Below the pieces are notes generated by a model that saw only the letters and a list, made by a program, of their open reading frames with translations, was not told the DNA's origin and did no database searches. Below, piece after piece: positions 1 through 9,537 of a stretch of 58,104 nucleotides of DNA (position 1 is the first letter of the stretch; each line of letters begins with the position of its first letter). The DNA comes from a virus. Its lineage: Duplodnaviria > Caudoviricetes. The translations under genes were made by a program, and so were the position numbers. The stretch is taken from the IMG/VR virus record IMGVR_UViG_3300045993_000204, positions 1 through 58,104 of that record; one strand, 5' to 3'.

Positions 1-127
1 ACAATGGGATGCCTCCCACGCATCTACAGAACCAGGGGTGGTATGCACGCGGTGGTCCTGTCAAGTTTGAAGACGGGGGATTTGTGGAAGAAGACGGGTT
101 AGACAACCTAGCTAGCAGGTATCCTGA
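1..127. repeat. Exact terminal direct repeat, copy of 57978-58104 (circular assembly overlap)
   Basis: acaatgggatgcc...agcaggtatcctga is identical at both ends; 127 nt is a common assembler k-mer; the repeat lies inside a continuous ORF. Confidence 0.95.
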
Positions 128-1283
128 GACTGCGCCTGTGGCTAAGAAAGCTACCATTCAAGACCTGTTTGCTAAGTACCAGCAAGAAGATTCAGGCGGA
201 TACCGTGAGCAGCTCAAGCAAGCACGGGAGGCGTCTAATGCATCGCAACAAGCCTTCAGGGATACGCTCAAGAAAGCAATGGAAGGCGGGGAAGAAAGCA
301 AGCCCTCAAATGCCGAGATGTACTTCCGCCTAGCTGCGGCAATCGGCGCCCCCACTCCAACAGGGCATATAAGTGAACGGCTGAGCAACGCCTCTCGCGC
401 CATGGCGGACTACCAGAAAGAGACTCGAGAAACCGAGTCAGCCCGTAGGTCTAAGAACCTAGCGTTAACCTTGGAAGAGCAGAAGCTGGGTATGCAGAGC
501 GCAAAAGATGAACTAAACACCCTACGAGGCATGGCAGGGGAAGATAGTAAAGACAAGCGGGCTGTGACTGCCGAGCTGCTCAAAGACTACATCAAGTCCG
601 GTCAGCCCCAGTCTGAGGCCGGTAAAGTTGCACAGGATGCAGGGCTCAAACCAGGCACCCCAGAATTTAGCAAGTTTGTTAACAAGTACGTCACAGACAA
701 GCTAGAGTCGGGCGCCATGTTCAAGCAAATTATGGCTAGCGTAGCTCAAGGTAATTTGGCCAATGCGCAAGCTAACACAGAGCTGAAAGGCATGGCAATT
801 GAGAATAATATTGCGCAAGGTAAGAAGCTGTCCCCGCAAGAAGCTAATATGAAGCTTGCTGCGCAGGATGCACTTGCTGGCATAGATACTAGCTTGGCTT
901 ACCTCGACAAAGCATTCAAACTGAACCCCAATACTTTTGACAATACAGAGTACGACAAAGTCCAACGGAAAATTCTTGAGCAAACCAAGTCAACAGATAC
1001 ACGTGTTATTGCCACGCGCTTACAAAGTAATCTACTTGGTAAGAAAGCTGCGACCAGCTTGAAAGATATCTTTGGAGGTAACCCAACAGAAGGCGAGCGC
1101 AAAGTTAATATGGCGCTTGAAGGTATTGACGCGATGAGTAGGGCAGAACGGGCCGCTATTATGCAAGAAGCTGGTAAGTTTGTAATGGCAAGGCGCAATA
1201 TACAAGTGCAACGACTCAAAGAAATTGAGTCAGGGCAGTGGCGAATTGTCACCCCACAAATTCCTGCAATAGGAGATGAGTAA
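9..1283 (+). CDS. 3' part of the same putative ejection/internal protein (true start 57482)
   Basis: Long helical A/Q/K-rich ORF in the block of large genes after the tail genes; contains YARGGPV. Confidence 0.7.
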   Translation: MPPTHLQNQGWYARGGPVKFEDGGFVEEDGLDNLASRYPETAPVAKKATIQDLFAKYQQEDSGGYREQLKQAREASNASQQAFRDTLKKAMEGGEESKPSNAEMYFRLAAAIGAPTPTGHISERLSNASRAMADYQKETRETESARRSKNLALTLEEQKLGMQSAKDELNTLRGMAGEDSKDKRAVTAELLKDYIKSGQPQSEAGKVAQDAGLKPGTPEFSKFVNKYVTDKLESGAMFKQIMASVAQGNLANAQANTELKGMAIENNIAQGKKLSPQEANMKLAAQDALAGIDTSLAYLDKAFKLNPNTFDNTEYDKVQRKILEQTKSTDTRVIATRLQSNLLGKKAATSLKDIFGGNPTEGERKVNMALEGIDAMSRAERAAIMQEAGKFVMARRNIQVQRLKEIESGQWRIVTPQIPAIGDE

Positions 1284-3214
1284 TGGCTGACTATAAAAAT
1301 GCAGCACGGGCTGCTCTTGGCCAAGGTCTTGGTATGGGCTGGGGCGACGAAGGTGAAGCGTGGTTACGTTCCAAGCTTGGTGATGAGGACTACGAAGATG
1401 CGCTCAAGCGTATTAGGAGTGAATACGGGCACTACGCGCAGTCTAACCCAGGCAAGGCCGCAGCACTTGAATTTGCAGGCGGGGCACTTCCTGGCTTAGC
1501 CGCAATGCTAATTCCAGGTGGCCAGGGTGCTGGTGCCGCTCAGTTAGGCCGTGCTAGCTTAGGTGCAGCAGCTCGTATGGCTGGCACAGGCGCTGCAACA
1601 GGCGCAATTGCAGGAGCTGGGTCCGCAGAAGAAGGTAATAGGGACTCAGGTGCTATTACTGGCGGTGTAATAGGCGGTACACTTGGTCTTGCAGTACCAG
1701 CAGCTATGCGCGGTGCTGGGGGTGCTGGTAGATGGTTAAAGGAACGTATGGCAGCGTACGGAGACGAAATACCTAACGCAGCAGGTGCCTCGTTTGCGCA
1801 AGTGCTAAATAATAGCCCAACAACTATTAAGGACGCAGCTGCGCGTAAGATGTCTGAGGCAATGCAGCAGAAACCGATTTCTTTAGCTCAAATTAGTCAA
1901 AGCGTAGCAGACGATGCTACTCGGGGTATTCCTTCAGTTATAGCTAATGCTGACACAGGTTTGGCTGATCTAGCCCAAGCTGTAGCGCAACGCACCGGCA
2001 AAGGTGCGCATAAAGTAGAAGATGTGCTAGCTGCACAGCGTTTAGGCACCAAGGAGCGCTCTGTTAGTCAAACCAACAAAGCGCTAAACCCAAAAGACTA
2101 TGACGATGCACTGGACCAACTTACGCAAGATATGAAGACCCGGTCAGACCCGGCCTATCAACAAGCTTACGCTTATGGCGAGGTCAAAGACCCAGACGTA
2201 CTAGCGTTCCTCTCCCGCCCACAGTTCCAGCAGGGTCTTAAGGAAGCCCAGCGTAGCGCCGATGTGCTAGGCGAAACAATAGACCTTTCTAAACCTACCG
2301 TTGAAATGCTAGACCGCGCTAAGAAAGGTATAGACTCACTAATTGAGGCAGAAAAGAACGCAGTGACAGGCAAGCTAACTCCGCATGGACGCGACTTGAC
2401 TATTGCAAAGAATGACTTCTTGAAGGAGCTTGACCGTGTTGTCCCCGACTACGAACTTGCTCGAGGTATTTGGAGTGGAGGTGCAGAACTTACTGACGCT
2501 ATGCGTAAAGGCTTGAGCGACTTTGGACAGATGCGGCATCAACAAGTTGTTAAGCTTGTTGGTGGTATGACTACTGCTGAGAAAGAAGCTTTCCGTACGG
2601 GCGTTGCACAGAAGCTTTACCAGGATACAACGAACTCATCAGGTAACCGGAATGCCGCCCAGAATATCATTGGCGCACCTGAGATGCAAGCTAAGCTCCA
2701 ACCGCTATTTGATAATCCTGGTGAGTTCAAGCTGTTCAAAGCAGCTATGGAGCGTGAATCCCAGCTATTTCAGCAGTCTAGCAAAATACTGGGCGGGTCA
2801 TCTACAGGCAAAAATATACAGATGCAAGGGTTACTCAAGGATGACGAGGCAATTACTCAGGCAATAGGGAGCTCTGTTACAGGGGGCCTTAAGACAGGCC
2901 TGGTAGGAATGGCTATGGGGGCCTTGCGCAAAGGCCAGATGACCGAGAAGACAGCCGACAAGCTAGCTACCATGCTGATGGCTAAGGACCCGCATGAGGT
3001 TGCGTCTGTAGTCAAGTTGTTAGAAGACTACCAAGCTAAGACTGCTCCCAAAGCAGCTAGGTTTTCTGCTGCGCAGATGGGGGCAACAACAGGATCAGCC
3101 ATTGCAACTGCCCCAGCCCCATCAACATACCAGCAGCCTAGCAATCTAGATGACGATGAAGAGTTGCAAAAGCTAATGACTGGCCCAAGCATCTTTGGTA
3201 CTATCGATGAGTAA
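1283..3214 (+). CDS. Putative ejection (DNA transfer) protein, 643 aa
   Basis: Gly/Ala-rich hydrophobic N-terminus (GQGLGMGWGDE...GGALPG); last gene of the virion arm; TAATG coupling. Confidence 0.65.
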   Translation: MADYKNAARAALGQGLGMGWGDEGEAWLRSKLGDEDYEDALKRIRSEYGHYAQSNPGKAAALEFAGGALPGLAAMLIPGGQGAGAAQLGRASLGAAARMAGTGAATGAIAGAGSAEEGNRDSGAITGGVIGGTLGLAVPAAMRGAGGAGRWLKERMAAYGDEIPNAAGASFAQVLNNSPTTIKDAAARKMSEAMQQKPISLAQISQSVADDATRGIPSVIANADTGLADLAQAVAQRTGKGAHKVEDVLAAQRLGTKERSVSQTNKALNPKDYDDALDQLTQDMKTRSDPAYQQAYAYGEVKDPDVLAFLSRPQFQQGLKEAQRSADVLGETIDLSKPTVEMLDRAKKGIDSLIEAEKNAVTGKLTPHGRDLTIAKNDFLKELDRVVPDYELARGIWSGGAELTDAMRKGLSDFGQMRHQQVVKLVGGMTTAEKEAFRTGVAQKLYQDTTNSSGNRNAAQNIIGAPEMQAKLQPLFDNPGEFKLFKAAMERESQLFQQSSKILGGSSTGKNIQMQGLLKDDEAITQAIGSSVTGGLKTGLVGMAMGALRKGQMTEKTADKLATMLMAKDPHEVASVVKLLEDYQAKTAPKAARFSAAQMGATTGSAIATAPAPSTYQQPSNLDDDEELQKLMTGPSIFGTIDE

Positions 3215-3395
3215 GCTTGTCCATGTAGACAAGATTACGGCGGGCTAAAATGATACGTAGGTGCTCTGCTGCATCCTTTTGTCCCTCGTCTTCTGCTTTG
3301 TTAATCATGCTTAGGAGCTCTTGCTGAGTTTTGTCCCACTGTAGACCAGGCCCAAGGATTTCGCGCAAGTACTGCCAAGTTTTATTGCTTGTCAT
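3201..3395 (-). CDS. Hypothetical protein, 64 aa, last gene of the early arm
   Basis: ATGA-coupled to the upstream gene; overlaps the convergent gene end. Confidence 0.6.
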   Translation of the reverse strand: MTSNKTWQYLREILGPGLQWDKTQQELLSMINKAEDEGQKDAAEHLRIILARRNLVYMDKLTHR

Positions 3396-3934
3396 ACATT
3401 AGCCCGTGCAGCAGGGTAGTAAAAAATCTCCCACGGTCGGTAGTCTGTTTTATAGTCCGTATGCTTTGATACGCCGTACTTATCCCCAGCGCAGCATTCC
3501 CGGCACGTCACGCAGCGCCCGTTGCCCCGATTGAGGTCAGTGCTGTACGCAGTCAGGGGCTTGTCAACGCCGCACTTTGCGCAAGCTTGTGACGGGGTGG
3601 GCTTCCTGGCCTCGCACACCTTGCATGTGTTGTGGAATACATATTCGGGCTTGGCAAGCCTCTCGGGATTCCTGATCCTCCGGTACCCCTCTCGCAACGG
3701 TTTCTTTATTCCGCAGCAGACGCAGGGTTTGCCGTAATCTCCATTAAGGCGCATCTCGCTCTCAACAGGTTGTCCGGCTTTGATAACGGCGTCGCACGTC
3801 TTGCAAACGCTCCGGTACAGCATATCTTCGCCAGTTCGTCTTACTCGTGCAAAGCCTTTAGCTTTGGGCTTGCGTACTCCGCACACGGTGCACACTTGCC
3901 CGAGCATGTGGTAGCGGGTCATCTCGCTTGTCAT
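3392..3934 (-). CDS. Triple zinc-ribbon protein
   Basis: Three CxxCGxxKP...CxxC units; ATG 3934 coupled to the upstream stop. Confidence 0.65.
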   Translation of the reverse strand: MTSEMTRYHMLGQVCTVCGVRKPKAKGFARVRRTGEDMLYRSVCKTCDAVIKAGQPVESEMRLNGDYGKPCVCCGIKKPLREGYRRIRNPERLAKPEYVFHNTCKVCEARKPTPSQACAKCGVDKPLTAYSTDLNRGNGRCVTCRECCAGDKYGVSKHTDYKTDYRPWEIFYYPAARANV

Positions 3935-4311
3935 GTCTTGCTCCCTGCTTCTACGCAGCACAATTGCACTGCTATAACGTGACCAATGTGGACGTGTTTT
4001 CCGGTTAATGTTTCAGATGTGGGTAGTCCAGCAGCAACTGCTTTTTCTTCGCATCTAGCGCACAGGTATTTGCCCTCTGGTGGGGCGTCTAAGAAGGTGA
4101 ATTTCTTAGTCCCGGTAAAGTTTGTCCCGCACCAGTTGAGTATCGAAATATGAGTCTTGTACTTTTGGCTAACTCTTAGTGTCGTAACACTTCGTGGCCG
4201 ATGGATAAGCACTGCCCTGCTGTTCTCGACAAACGGGCTACACGATGCCCAAGGCAATGCCCCTGGTGCCCATCGCTGCAAGTCTTTCAATGTTTGGAGT
4301 GGAAGCTTCAT
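3931..4311 (-). CDS. Hypothetical protein with Cys/His ligands
   Basis: H...WCG...CARC; ATGA coupling at both ends. Confidence 0.6.
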   Translation of the reverse strand: MKLPLQTLKDLQRWAPGALPWASCSPFVENSRAVLIHRPRSVTTLRVSQKYKTHISILNWCGTNFTGTKKFTFLDAPPEGKYLCARCEEKAVAAGLPTSETLTGKHVHIGHVIAVQLCCVEAGSKT

Positions 4312-4550
4312 GTCTTGCTCCCTGCTGCTTCACGGTACGCCGCGACTTTGTCCATAACGCCGTGTTTCTCACACAGATATTCACCCGCATACTGTGCGTG
4401 ATACTCCAGGTCGTCCGCAGCATCGGACAGCATTGCTTTCAGCGCAGCACGCTCTGCTTCGAGTTCATCGATCCTGTATGCAGCTTCATTCTTCAGTCGG
4501 CTTACACCAATGCGCAGTCTCTCGACGAGAGTCATTTCATCTTGTGTCAT
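4308..4550 (-). CDS. Small coiled-coil protein (TLVERLR family)
   Basis: MTLVERLR...EAAYRIDELE; ATGA coupling. Confidence 0.6.
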   Translation of the reverse strand: MTQDEMTLVERLRIGVSRLKNEAAYRIDELEAERAALKAMLSDAADDLEYHAQYAGEYLCEKHGVMDKVAAYREAAGSKT

Positions 4551-4846
4551 GTGGCCTCCCTCATTGCTGTGATGGAAGCAATTGGCCTGTGTTTATTCAA
4601 GAAGTCAGCAATGGCGTGGAAGTCATCGTTATCAATGCTTACCGCATTACCAATTTCTCCAGATAATTCTTCCGGGTCTTCGTAGCAAGTGACTCCGTTC
4701 TCGTACTTGTCGAACATCATCGCAAGCATGCCGATTGCAAATGCAGCGTCAGCCTTCAGTGCATCCCTCTCCCTAGCAATGCGCTTGAGTTCTGACAGCG
4801 ACCACTCCTTAGACCCCTCAAGATCAGCTTCAAGTTCTTCTATCAT
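4547..4846 (-). CDS. Hypothetical protein
   Basis: ATG 4846 (MIEELEA) overlaps the upstream stop as ATGA. Confidence 0.55.
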   Translation of the reverse strand: MIEELEADLEGSKEWSLSELKRIARERDALKADAAFAIGMLAMMFDKYENGVTCYEDPEELSGEIGNAVSIDNDDFHAIADFLNKHRPIASITAMREAT

Positions 4847-5160
4847 CTTCCACGCTCCTGTGATGCGGCAACGTGGGCCTTGGTGCGCCAGCCCCTCTCC
4901 ATTTCTTCGATCCTTACTGCTAGCTCTTTTGTTTCCGCGTCGCACTTCATTCGGTATGAAATTTGGAAATCATTTTTCTGCTTTTGAAGCTCGTTAATCT
5001 CTCGCGTCTGTCGCTCGATGATGATTTGAAAACCATTGATCTCATTACTAAGACCTTGCGCTTGACTCTCAAGCTCTGCGATCCTGTCAGCAGCTTCCTG
5101 CTGAAGCACCCATGTATCGCCTTCAAATGAGTAGTCGCGCAGTCGTTCAACGAGTGTCAT
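4843..5160 (-). CDS. Coiled-coil protein (TLVERLR family)
   Basis: MTLVERLRD...EAADRIAELE; ATGA coupling. Confidence 0.6.
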   Translation of the reverse strand: MTLVERLRDYSFEGDTWVLQQEAADRIAELESQAQGLSNEINGFQIIIERQTREINELQKQKNDFQISYRMKCDAETKELAVRIEEMERGWRTKAHVAASQERGR

Positions 5161-5336
5161 ACACCCTCCCCACAAGTTACGGTCCACGGTGGCTGAGGCG
5201 GCATAAAAGGAACGTGCTGGACCGGGTGTGGCAACGGATGTCCGTCGCGCACAGGAAAAGTCAAACGCGTCTCAAGCACGGCCACGCGCTCTCGAAGGTC
5301 ATTTACTTCCTTGCGTAGTTGTTCAAGCTCAGTCAT
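5157..5336 (-). CDS. Hypothetical protein (coiled coil plus Pro-rich tail)
   Basis: ggaga RBS before ATG 5336. Confidence 0.55.
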   Translation of the reverse strand: MTELEQLRKEVNDLRERVAVLETRLTFPVRDGHPLPHPVQHVPFMPPQPPWTVTCGEGV

Positions 5337-5370
5337 GTTGTTCTCCCAGTCGTTCAACAAGTGTGCTCAC
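5329..5370 (-). pseudogene. 13-codon remnant of a deleted TLVERL-family gene
   Basis: GTG-STLVERL is joined directly to the LGEQHD junction sequence that also occurs at 5937-5954. Confidence 0.45.
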
Positions 5371-5708
5371 ATGAAACTCCCATCAAGTAGGCCACCGGGT
5401 TTGCGCCACTCGACCCTAAGTGCATCCTTAAGTGCTTGTGGCAGTTCGTCTTTCGACTGTTGTCTTTGGACGATTGCTTCAAGCTCTGCGATCTTGTCGT
5501 TCAGCCCGTCGATTACTTTTTGCAGATTCATCGGCCTTGCTTCTAGGGCTTCGATCCTGTCAGCCGCTTCTGTCGCCACCTTCGCAAAGTCAAGGCTGCT
5601 GTTCCTGGCGTGGCAGATGTCAGCGCCATCGCGCAGTCGTTCAACGAGTGTGGTCGAACATCCAACATAAATGACGCTGCCTATGTCATCAAAGTTTTCG
5701 TTAGTCAT
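5367..5708 (-). CDS. Coiled-coil protein (TLVERLR family)
   Basis: TTLVERLRD...EAADRIEALE. Confidence 0.6.
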   Translation of the reverse strand: MTNENFDDIGSVIYVGCSTTLVERLRDGADICHARNSSLDFAKVATEAADRIEALEARPMNLQKVIDGLNDKIAELEAIVQRQQSKDELPQALKDALRVEWRKPGGLLDGSFM

Positions 5709-5941
5709 ACACTCTCCGGTAGATGGTGTTTAATCAGTCGATAGGTTGCTAGTATTTTTCTGGCCGTCTTGTCAGTTAAAAATCTCTCATCTAACAGTTT
5801 CCTGAATGTCGAAGGAGATATGCCTAGTGCCTTTGCCGCAGCACGTTCGCTGCCATAGATACCAAGCACACGTCTTAGGATCGTTACAAACGGCGTGGCC
5901 TTCTCGGGCAGAAGAATCTCAATTCGCTTTTGGTAGGTCAT
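5705..5941 (-). CDS. Small helix-turn-helix (Cro-like) DNA-binding protein
   Basis: GSERAAAKALGISPSTFRKL HTH pattern; RBS before ATG 5941. Confidence 0.6.
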   Translation of the reverse strand: MTYQKRIEILLPEKATPFVTILRRVLGIYGSERAAAKALGISPSTFRKLLDERFLTDKTARKILATYRLIKHHLPESV

Positions 5942-6734
5942 GTTGTTCTCCCAGCGCCGCACGCAGCGCGTTGATTGCTGATTCAAAAGAGACTATTGCT
6001 TTGCCGTCCCACTCCGTGTTATCTATGCCTGAGTACATTGCCCCCATAGCCTCAAGCGCCAGCGCCATTACTTCGCGGTACTTGATATTTGCCAATGTCA
6101 GCTTTACGCTTCCGTCCATCAACTTCTCGTTAAGACTTCGCTCAAAGTCATAGTTAGCAATAGCTTCTTGCCAGCGCTTGAAGTCGTGCTCTATGCGTGC
6201 GTTCAGTGCTTCAATCTCGCGGGTCTTGGTGTCGGGTTGCGGTGCTGCGTAGAGAGGGACTGTGTACCTGCCTTCATGCCTAGCATGTTCTTCTGGGCAG
6301 ATCGTGTCGTAAACACCATCGTGTATTAGCCATCCCCACCCCACTGGCTTTGCAGGGGTGTCCACTAACTGGACACCCTTTAGACTTCTAATAATTAGTG
6401 CTGGATCTTCAGGGTCGTAAAATCCACCAGCACCTTTATTCCGCTTGTCAAATTCAACGGCAGCTTCTTCGAGCACTGCTTCGCGGGTCTTGGTGTCGGG
6501 TTGCGGTGCTACGTATAGCGGCCTGAATAGATGCATCCTGCGGTCTATTGGCTTCCAAGTAGTGACGTCACTTTTTGGACCCGCGCTGATAAGCTGCCAC
6601 GCCACCGGCTCCGCAGTGACTGCGAACAAATCATCAAGCGCAGCCTCAATGTGATCGCGCCCTGCCCAGTGTTCTTCTGATGAGTGTGCCATGCGGTACG
6701 CTTCGATGGCTTTCCAGAGGTCTTCCTTTGTCAT
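5919..6734 (-). CDS. Mosaic accessory protein with an internal duplication
   Basis: Two EPVAW/KPVGW...PLY.APQPDTKTRE modules typical of phage accessory proteins. Confidence 0.65.
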   Translation of the reverse strand: MTKEDLWKAIEAYRMAHSSEEHWAGRDHIEAALDDLFAVTAEPVAWQLISAGPKSDVTTWKPIDRRMHLFRPLYVAPQPDTKTREAVLEEAAVEFDKRNKGAGGFYDPEDPALIIRSLKGVQLVDTPAKPVGWGWLIHDGVYDTICPEEHARHEGRYTVPLYAAPQPDTKTREIEALNARIEHDFKRWQEAIANYDFERSLNEKLMDGSVKLTLANIKYREVMALALEAMGAMYSGIDNTEWDGKAIVSFESAINALRAALGEQHDLPKAN

Positions 6735-6958
6735 TTCAAATACTTCCTTATGTAGTTACCAACTCCGTAGGTGGCGCCATAGGTATTGCGTGTGTATTCA
6801 TCTGCTTCTGTCGCAGCTTCTCGAAGCGCAGCCTTGCGGCACGCTTCGCCGTACTTGCGCATCTGGTCGGCGGTGTAGGTGGTGCTTGTTACATGCGTAT
6901 CCGCGTCAAGCCAATCTGATACCGAATACTGGGAGGAAGGCAGTGGTGGCAGGTTCAT
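6731..6958 (-). CDS. Hypothetical protein
   Basis: LPPLP...YTADQMRKYGEAC, a common small phage protein pattern. Confidence 0.6.
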   Translation of the reverse strand: MNLPPLPSSQYSVSDWLDADTHVTSTTYTADQMRKYGEACRKAALREAATEADEYTRNTYGATYGVGNYIRKYLK

Positions 6959-7584
6959 AGCACCCCTTCGAAGCACTCGTGAACAAGCGCGTCAAACTCT
7001 GCGTTTGCAGCGGACTCTGCGGCGTACCATGCGGCGGACTTTTCGGCGTACTTTGCGGCGTACTCTGCGGCGTACCATGCGGCGGACCATGCGGCGGACC
7101 ATGCGGCGGACTCTGCGGCGGACCATGCAGCGGACTCTGCGTTTGCAGCGGACTCTGCGGCGTACCATGCGGCGGACTCTGCGGCGGACCATGCAGCGGA
7201 CTCTGCGGCGGACCTAATAGACTCGTCCCCAGTCATCAGCCAGTCCAGCACAATGTCAGGCAGCTCCCCGTATTCAGTAGTTTTCAGCGCCTGCATCCGT
7301 GCATGAAAACGTAGCATGACTGTCGCGTCCATCCTAGCTATGATGGTGCGCTCAGTGCAGACGATCTTGTCATCGCCTTTGATGATCTTGCCACCGCATT
7401 CAACGAGACACAGTATTGGGCCGGGTGCATGCTTAAGCGCTTGATGTGGCTTCAGGCTTGCATGTAGCCCTTGTTCGCACAGGAGCGGTTCTCCAGTGAA
7501 GATCAAAGGTACTCCGTCATCAGGCGCAGTTTTTCCGTCGCGCATTTTGTTGTTCTCGTAGAGAAAATGCCATGCTCTTGTCAT
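6955..7584 (-). CDS. Protein with a CxxGLHAS N-terminal domain and AA(W/E)(S/Y) tetrapeptide repeats
   Basis: LCEQGLHAS...K.VC..R; 12-bp repeat array encoding AAWSAAES. Confidence 0.7.
   Translation of the reverse strand: MTRAWHFLYENNKMRDGKTAPDDGVPLIFTGEPLLCEQGLHASLKPHQALKHAPGPILCLVECGGKIIKGDDKIVCTERTIIARMDATVMLRFHARMQALKTTEYGELPDIVLDWLMTGDESIRSAAESAAWSAAESAAWYAAESAANAESAAWSAAESAAWSAAWSAAWYAAEYAAKYAEKSAAWYAAESAANAEFDALVHECFEGVL
6995..7213. repeat. Coding tandem array of 12-bp units (gcggcggactct / gcggcggaccat / gcggcgtaccat)
   Basis: Directly visible; about 18 units including a few 9-bp variants. Confidence 0.9.
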
Positions 7585-7739
7585 GTCAAGTACCCCCAAG
7601 CGAAGCACAGCGCAACAAACGCGCAGAACATGCCAACTACTGCGAGGCCGTTCAGGATGCGGCCAAACAGCGCGTCGATCTCGCTCCAAGGAGCATTCCA
7701 GTCGTCATCGGGGATTTTGTAAGATTTCCAGTCAGTCAT
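7581..7739 (-). CDS. Small membrane protein
   Basis: aaagga RBS; C-terminal hydrophobic helix; an alternative start exists at 7826. Confidence 0.55.
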   Translation of the reverse strand: MTDWKSYKIPDDDWNAPWSEIDALFGRILNGLAVVGMFCAFVALCFAWGYLT

Positions 7740-7815
7740 GATATTTCCTTTAACTTGTGCTGCCCACCACGTGCGGTTACGCTGTAACAGTGCTAGCTTA
7801 TCAAGAAGCAAGTTT

Positions 7816-7983
7816 TCATTGTCCATTCTTGTGCTCCCTGCATACCCACTGGCGTAGGCCCTGCACGCGTTGTAGGCATCCCCCGCCTATTGCCCTGTGC
7901 ATCTTGCAGAGAGCACAGTAACGCATAATCCCGTAGCCTGCATACTGCTGGTTACCATTAGTTGGAAATAGTGGATGTGGCAT
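7816..7983 (-). CDS. Small zinc-finger protein
   Basis: aggag RBS; CALC...WVCREH. Confidence 0.5.
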   Translation of the reverse strand: MPHPLFPTNGNQQYAGYGIMRYCALCKMHRAIGGGCLQRVQGLRQWVCREHKNGQ

Positions 7984-8164
7984 TTGAGCACTCCTGAATG
8001 TAAGCCCGCAAGCGCGCAATGCGTGAGGTGTTGTACTTGACCGAGGAGTCAGCCCACTCGCGGCCTGTGAAGGCTTTGAGCAGGGACATCTCAGCTTCAT
8101 AGAGTTCCTGGGTTGCCGCCTCTAGGGGAGTCATGCGGCGAAAGAGTTTAGAGAGCCAGTTCAT
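7958..8164 (-). CDS. Hypothetical protein
   Basis: aagga RBS; TPLEAATQELYEAE...RIARLRA. Confidence 0.6.
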   Translation of the reverse strand: MNWLSKLFRRMTPLEAATQELYEAEMSLLKAFTGREWADSSVKYNTSRIARLRAYIQECSNATSTISN

Positions 8165-8269
8165 ATGTTCTTTCCTTAATATAGGCTTAATTACTAGTTG
8201 TTTATACCGAATGTTCGTGTATGTATGCACGCGAACTTTTAAACCGTCGACCGTGGCGCTCCAGCGTAT

Positions 8270-8689
8270 TTATGCTTGCTGCCACACACGACCTGTAGAC
8301 TCCCAAAGAGCTTTTGCAGGAGCTTCATATTCAGTATTTTGGTAAATAATGAACTGGCAGCTAGTGTTTAGCAGAGTTTTTGTGCACCTAAGGCAGGGGG
8401 CATGTGTGGTGTAGCATGCATAAATCTGCTCAGGATCTCGGCATGTTAACAGTGCGTTCTGCTCTGCGTGGATTCCAATACACGTGTCAGATCCTTTGGG
8501 CAATGCAGCCCCTGCGCACGCTACGTCTATGCAGTGCTGAAGGCCTCTAGGCACGCCATTAAAGCCAGTGCCTGTAATCCTGTAGCGCACGTCAACTAAA
8601 ACGCAGCCTACTTGTAGTTTCCTGCACGTGCCAAGCGAGGCTAGCACTTTAGCAATTTGGAGCATTACGGTATCTTTACATGGGCGCAT
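8270..8689 (-). CDS. dCMP deaminase (cytidine/deoxycytidylate deaminase family)
   Basis: HAEQNAL and PCLRC zinc motifs, VGCVLV, TGFNG. Confidence 0.9.
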   Translation of the reverse strand: MRPCKDTVMLQIAKVLASLGTCRKLQVGCVLVDVRYRITGTGFNGVPRGLQHCIDVACAGAALPKGSDTCIGIHAEQNALLTCRDPEQIYACYTTHAPCLRCTKTLLNTSCQFIIYQNTEYEAPAKALWESTGRVWQQA

Positions 8690-9134
8690 AGCTTGCCCGC
8701 CTGTACAGCTTAAACGCCTTAATATTACAATTTGCGCAAAGTAATCTAAACTCTTTTGGGAATGCCATAGTGATAAGCCACTCATAAAACTGGCTGCCGC
8801 CTGTAAAACCTACTTCCCGCCGATGCGCAGCGCCATTTTGGGCAGTATGGTCAACAGTAAGCACATCTGGGTCTGCTTCGCCACAAAGTACGCAGCTGCC
8901 GCCATACACAGCAAGTACCTGGGACTTTCGCTGCAGGTTTTTAGCCCGGCTTTTTTGGTTAACTAATTCTCTATTTTCAGTACGCCACGTTTTGTAGCGT
9001 GTGCTTGCTGAACCTGTAAAACAAGCCCAGCAAAGCACCCCATAAAATCCAGAAGCTTTTCTGCGGCGAAGCTCTGGCGAAGCATCATAGTGTCTTGCGC
9101 ATTTGCATTGTGCGCATACCCGTGTTGCAGGCAT
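8676..9134 (-). CDS. HNH endonuclease with an N-terminal KASGF zinc finger
   Basis: YGGSCVLCGE...LTVDH...LLCANCN. Confidence 0.8.
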   Translation of the reverse strand: MPATRVCAQCKCARHYDASPELRRRKASGFYGVLCWACFTGSASTRYKTWRTENRELVNQKSRAKNLQRKSQVLAVYGGSCVLCGEADPDVLTVDHTAQNGAAHRREVGFTGGSQFYEWLITMAFPKEFRLLCANCNIKAFKLYRRASYAPM

Positions 9135-9135
9135 G

Positions 9136-9537
9136 CTACGCTCCAAGCTTCCGCTCTATTGCCCGTGCAATCTCTGCCTCAGGTCCGACCCAGCCTACAG
9201 GCTTGCAAGCATCAACTTTATTACCACGCTTTGTTTGCCCAGAAACCTTGCGCATATTGGCTGCTTGCACAGCATTCCAGATTTCATTGAAGGGGAGACC
9301 CATGCGGTACGCAGTGCCTAGCGCTACGTACACAAGATCGGCAAGGGCGTCTGCTACCCCCACAAGATCGCCTACATTGCTAGCACTGCAAAACTCATCG
9401 AGCTCTTCATGCAAGAAGCGCGCGCGTTCAATGCAGTACTCAGGCGATACCAGGTTAGGGGCTGCTTCTGCAAAGTCGGTTAAGATCTTCTCATGGAAGT
9501 CAGCCACGTCTTGCAGCATATTAGGTGTTGAAGGCAT
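9136..9537 (-). CDS. MazG-like all-alpha NTP pyrophosphatase
   Basis: EELDEF...ADALADLVYVALG...VQAANM.K...KP.GW..P. Confidence 0.85.
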   Translation of the reverse strand: MPSTPNMLQDVADFHEKILTDFAEAAPNLVSPEYCIERARFLHEELDEFCSASNVGDLVGVADALADLVYVALGTAYRMGLPFNEIWNAVQAANMRKVSGQTKRGNKVDACKPVGWVGPEAEIARAIERKLGA

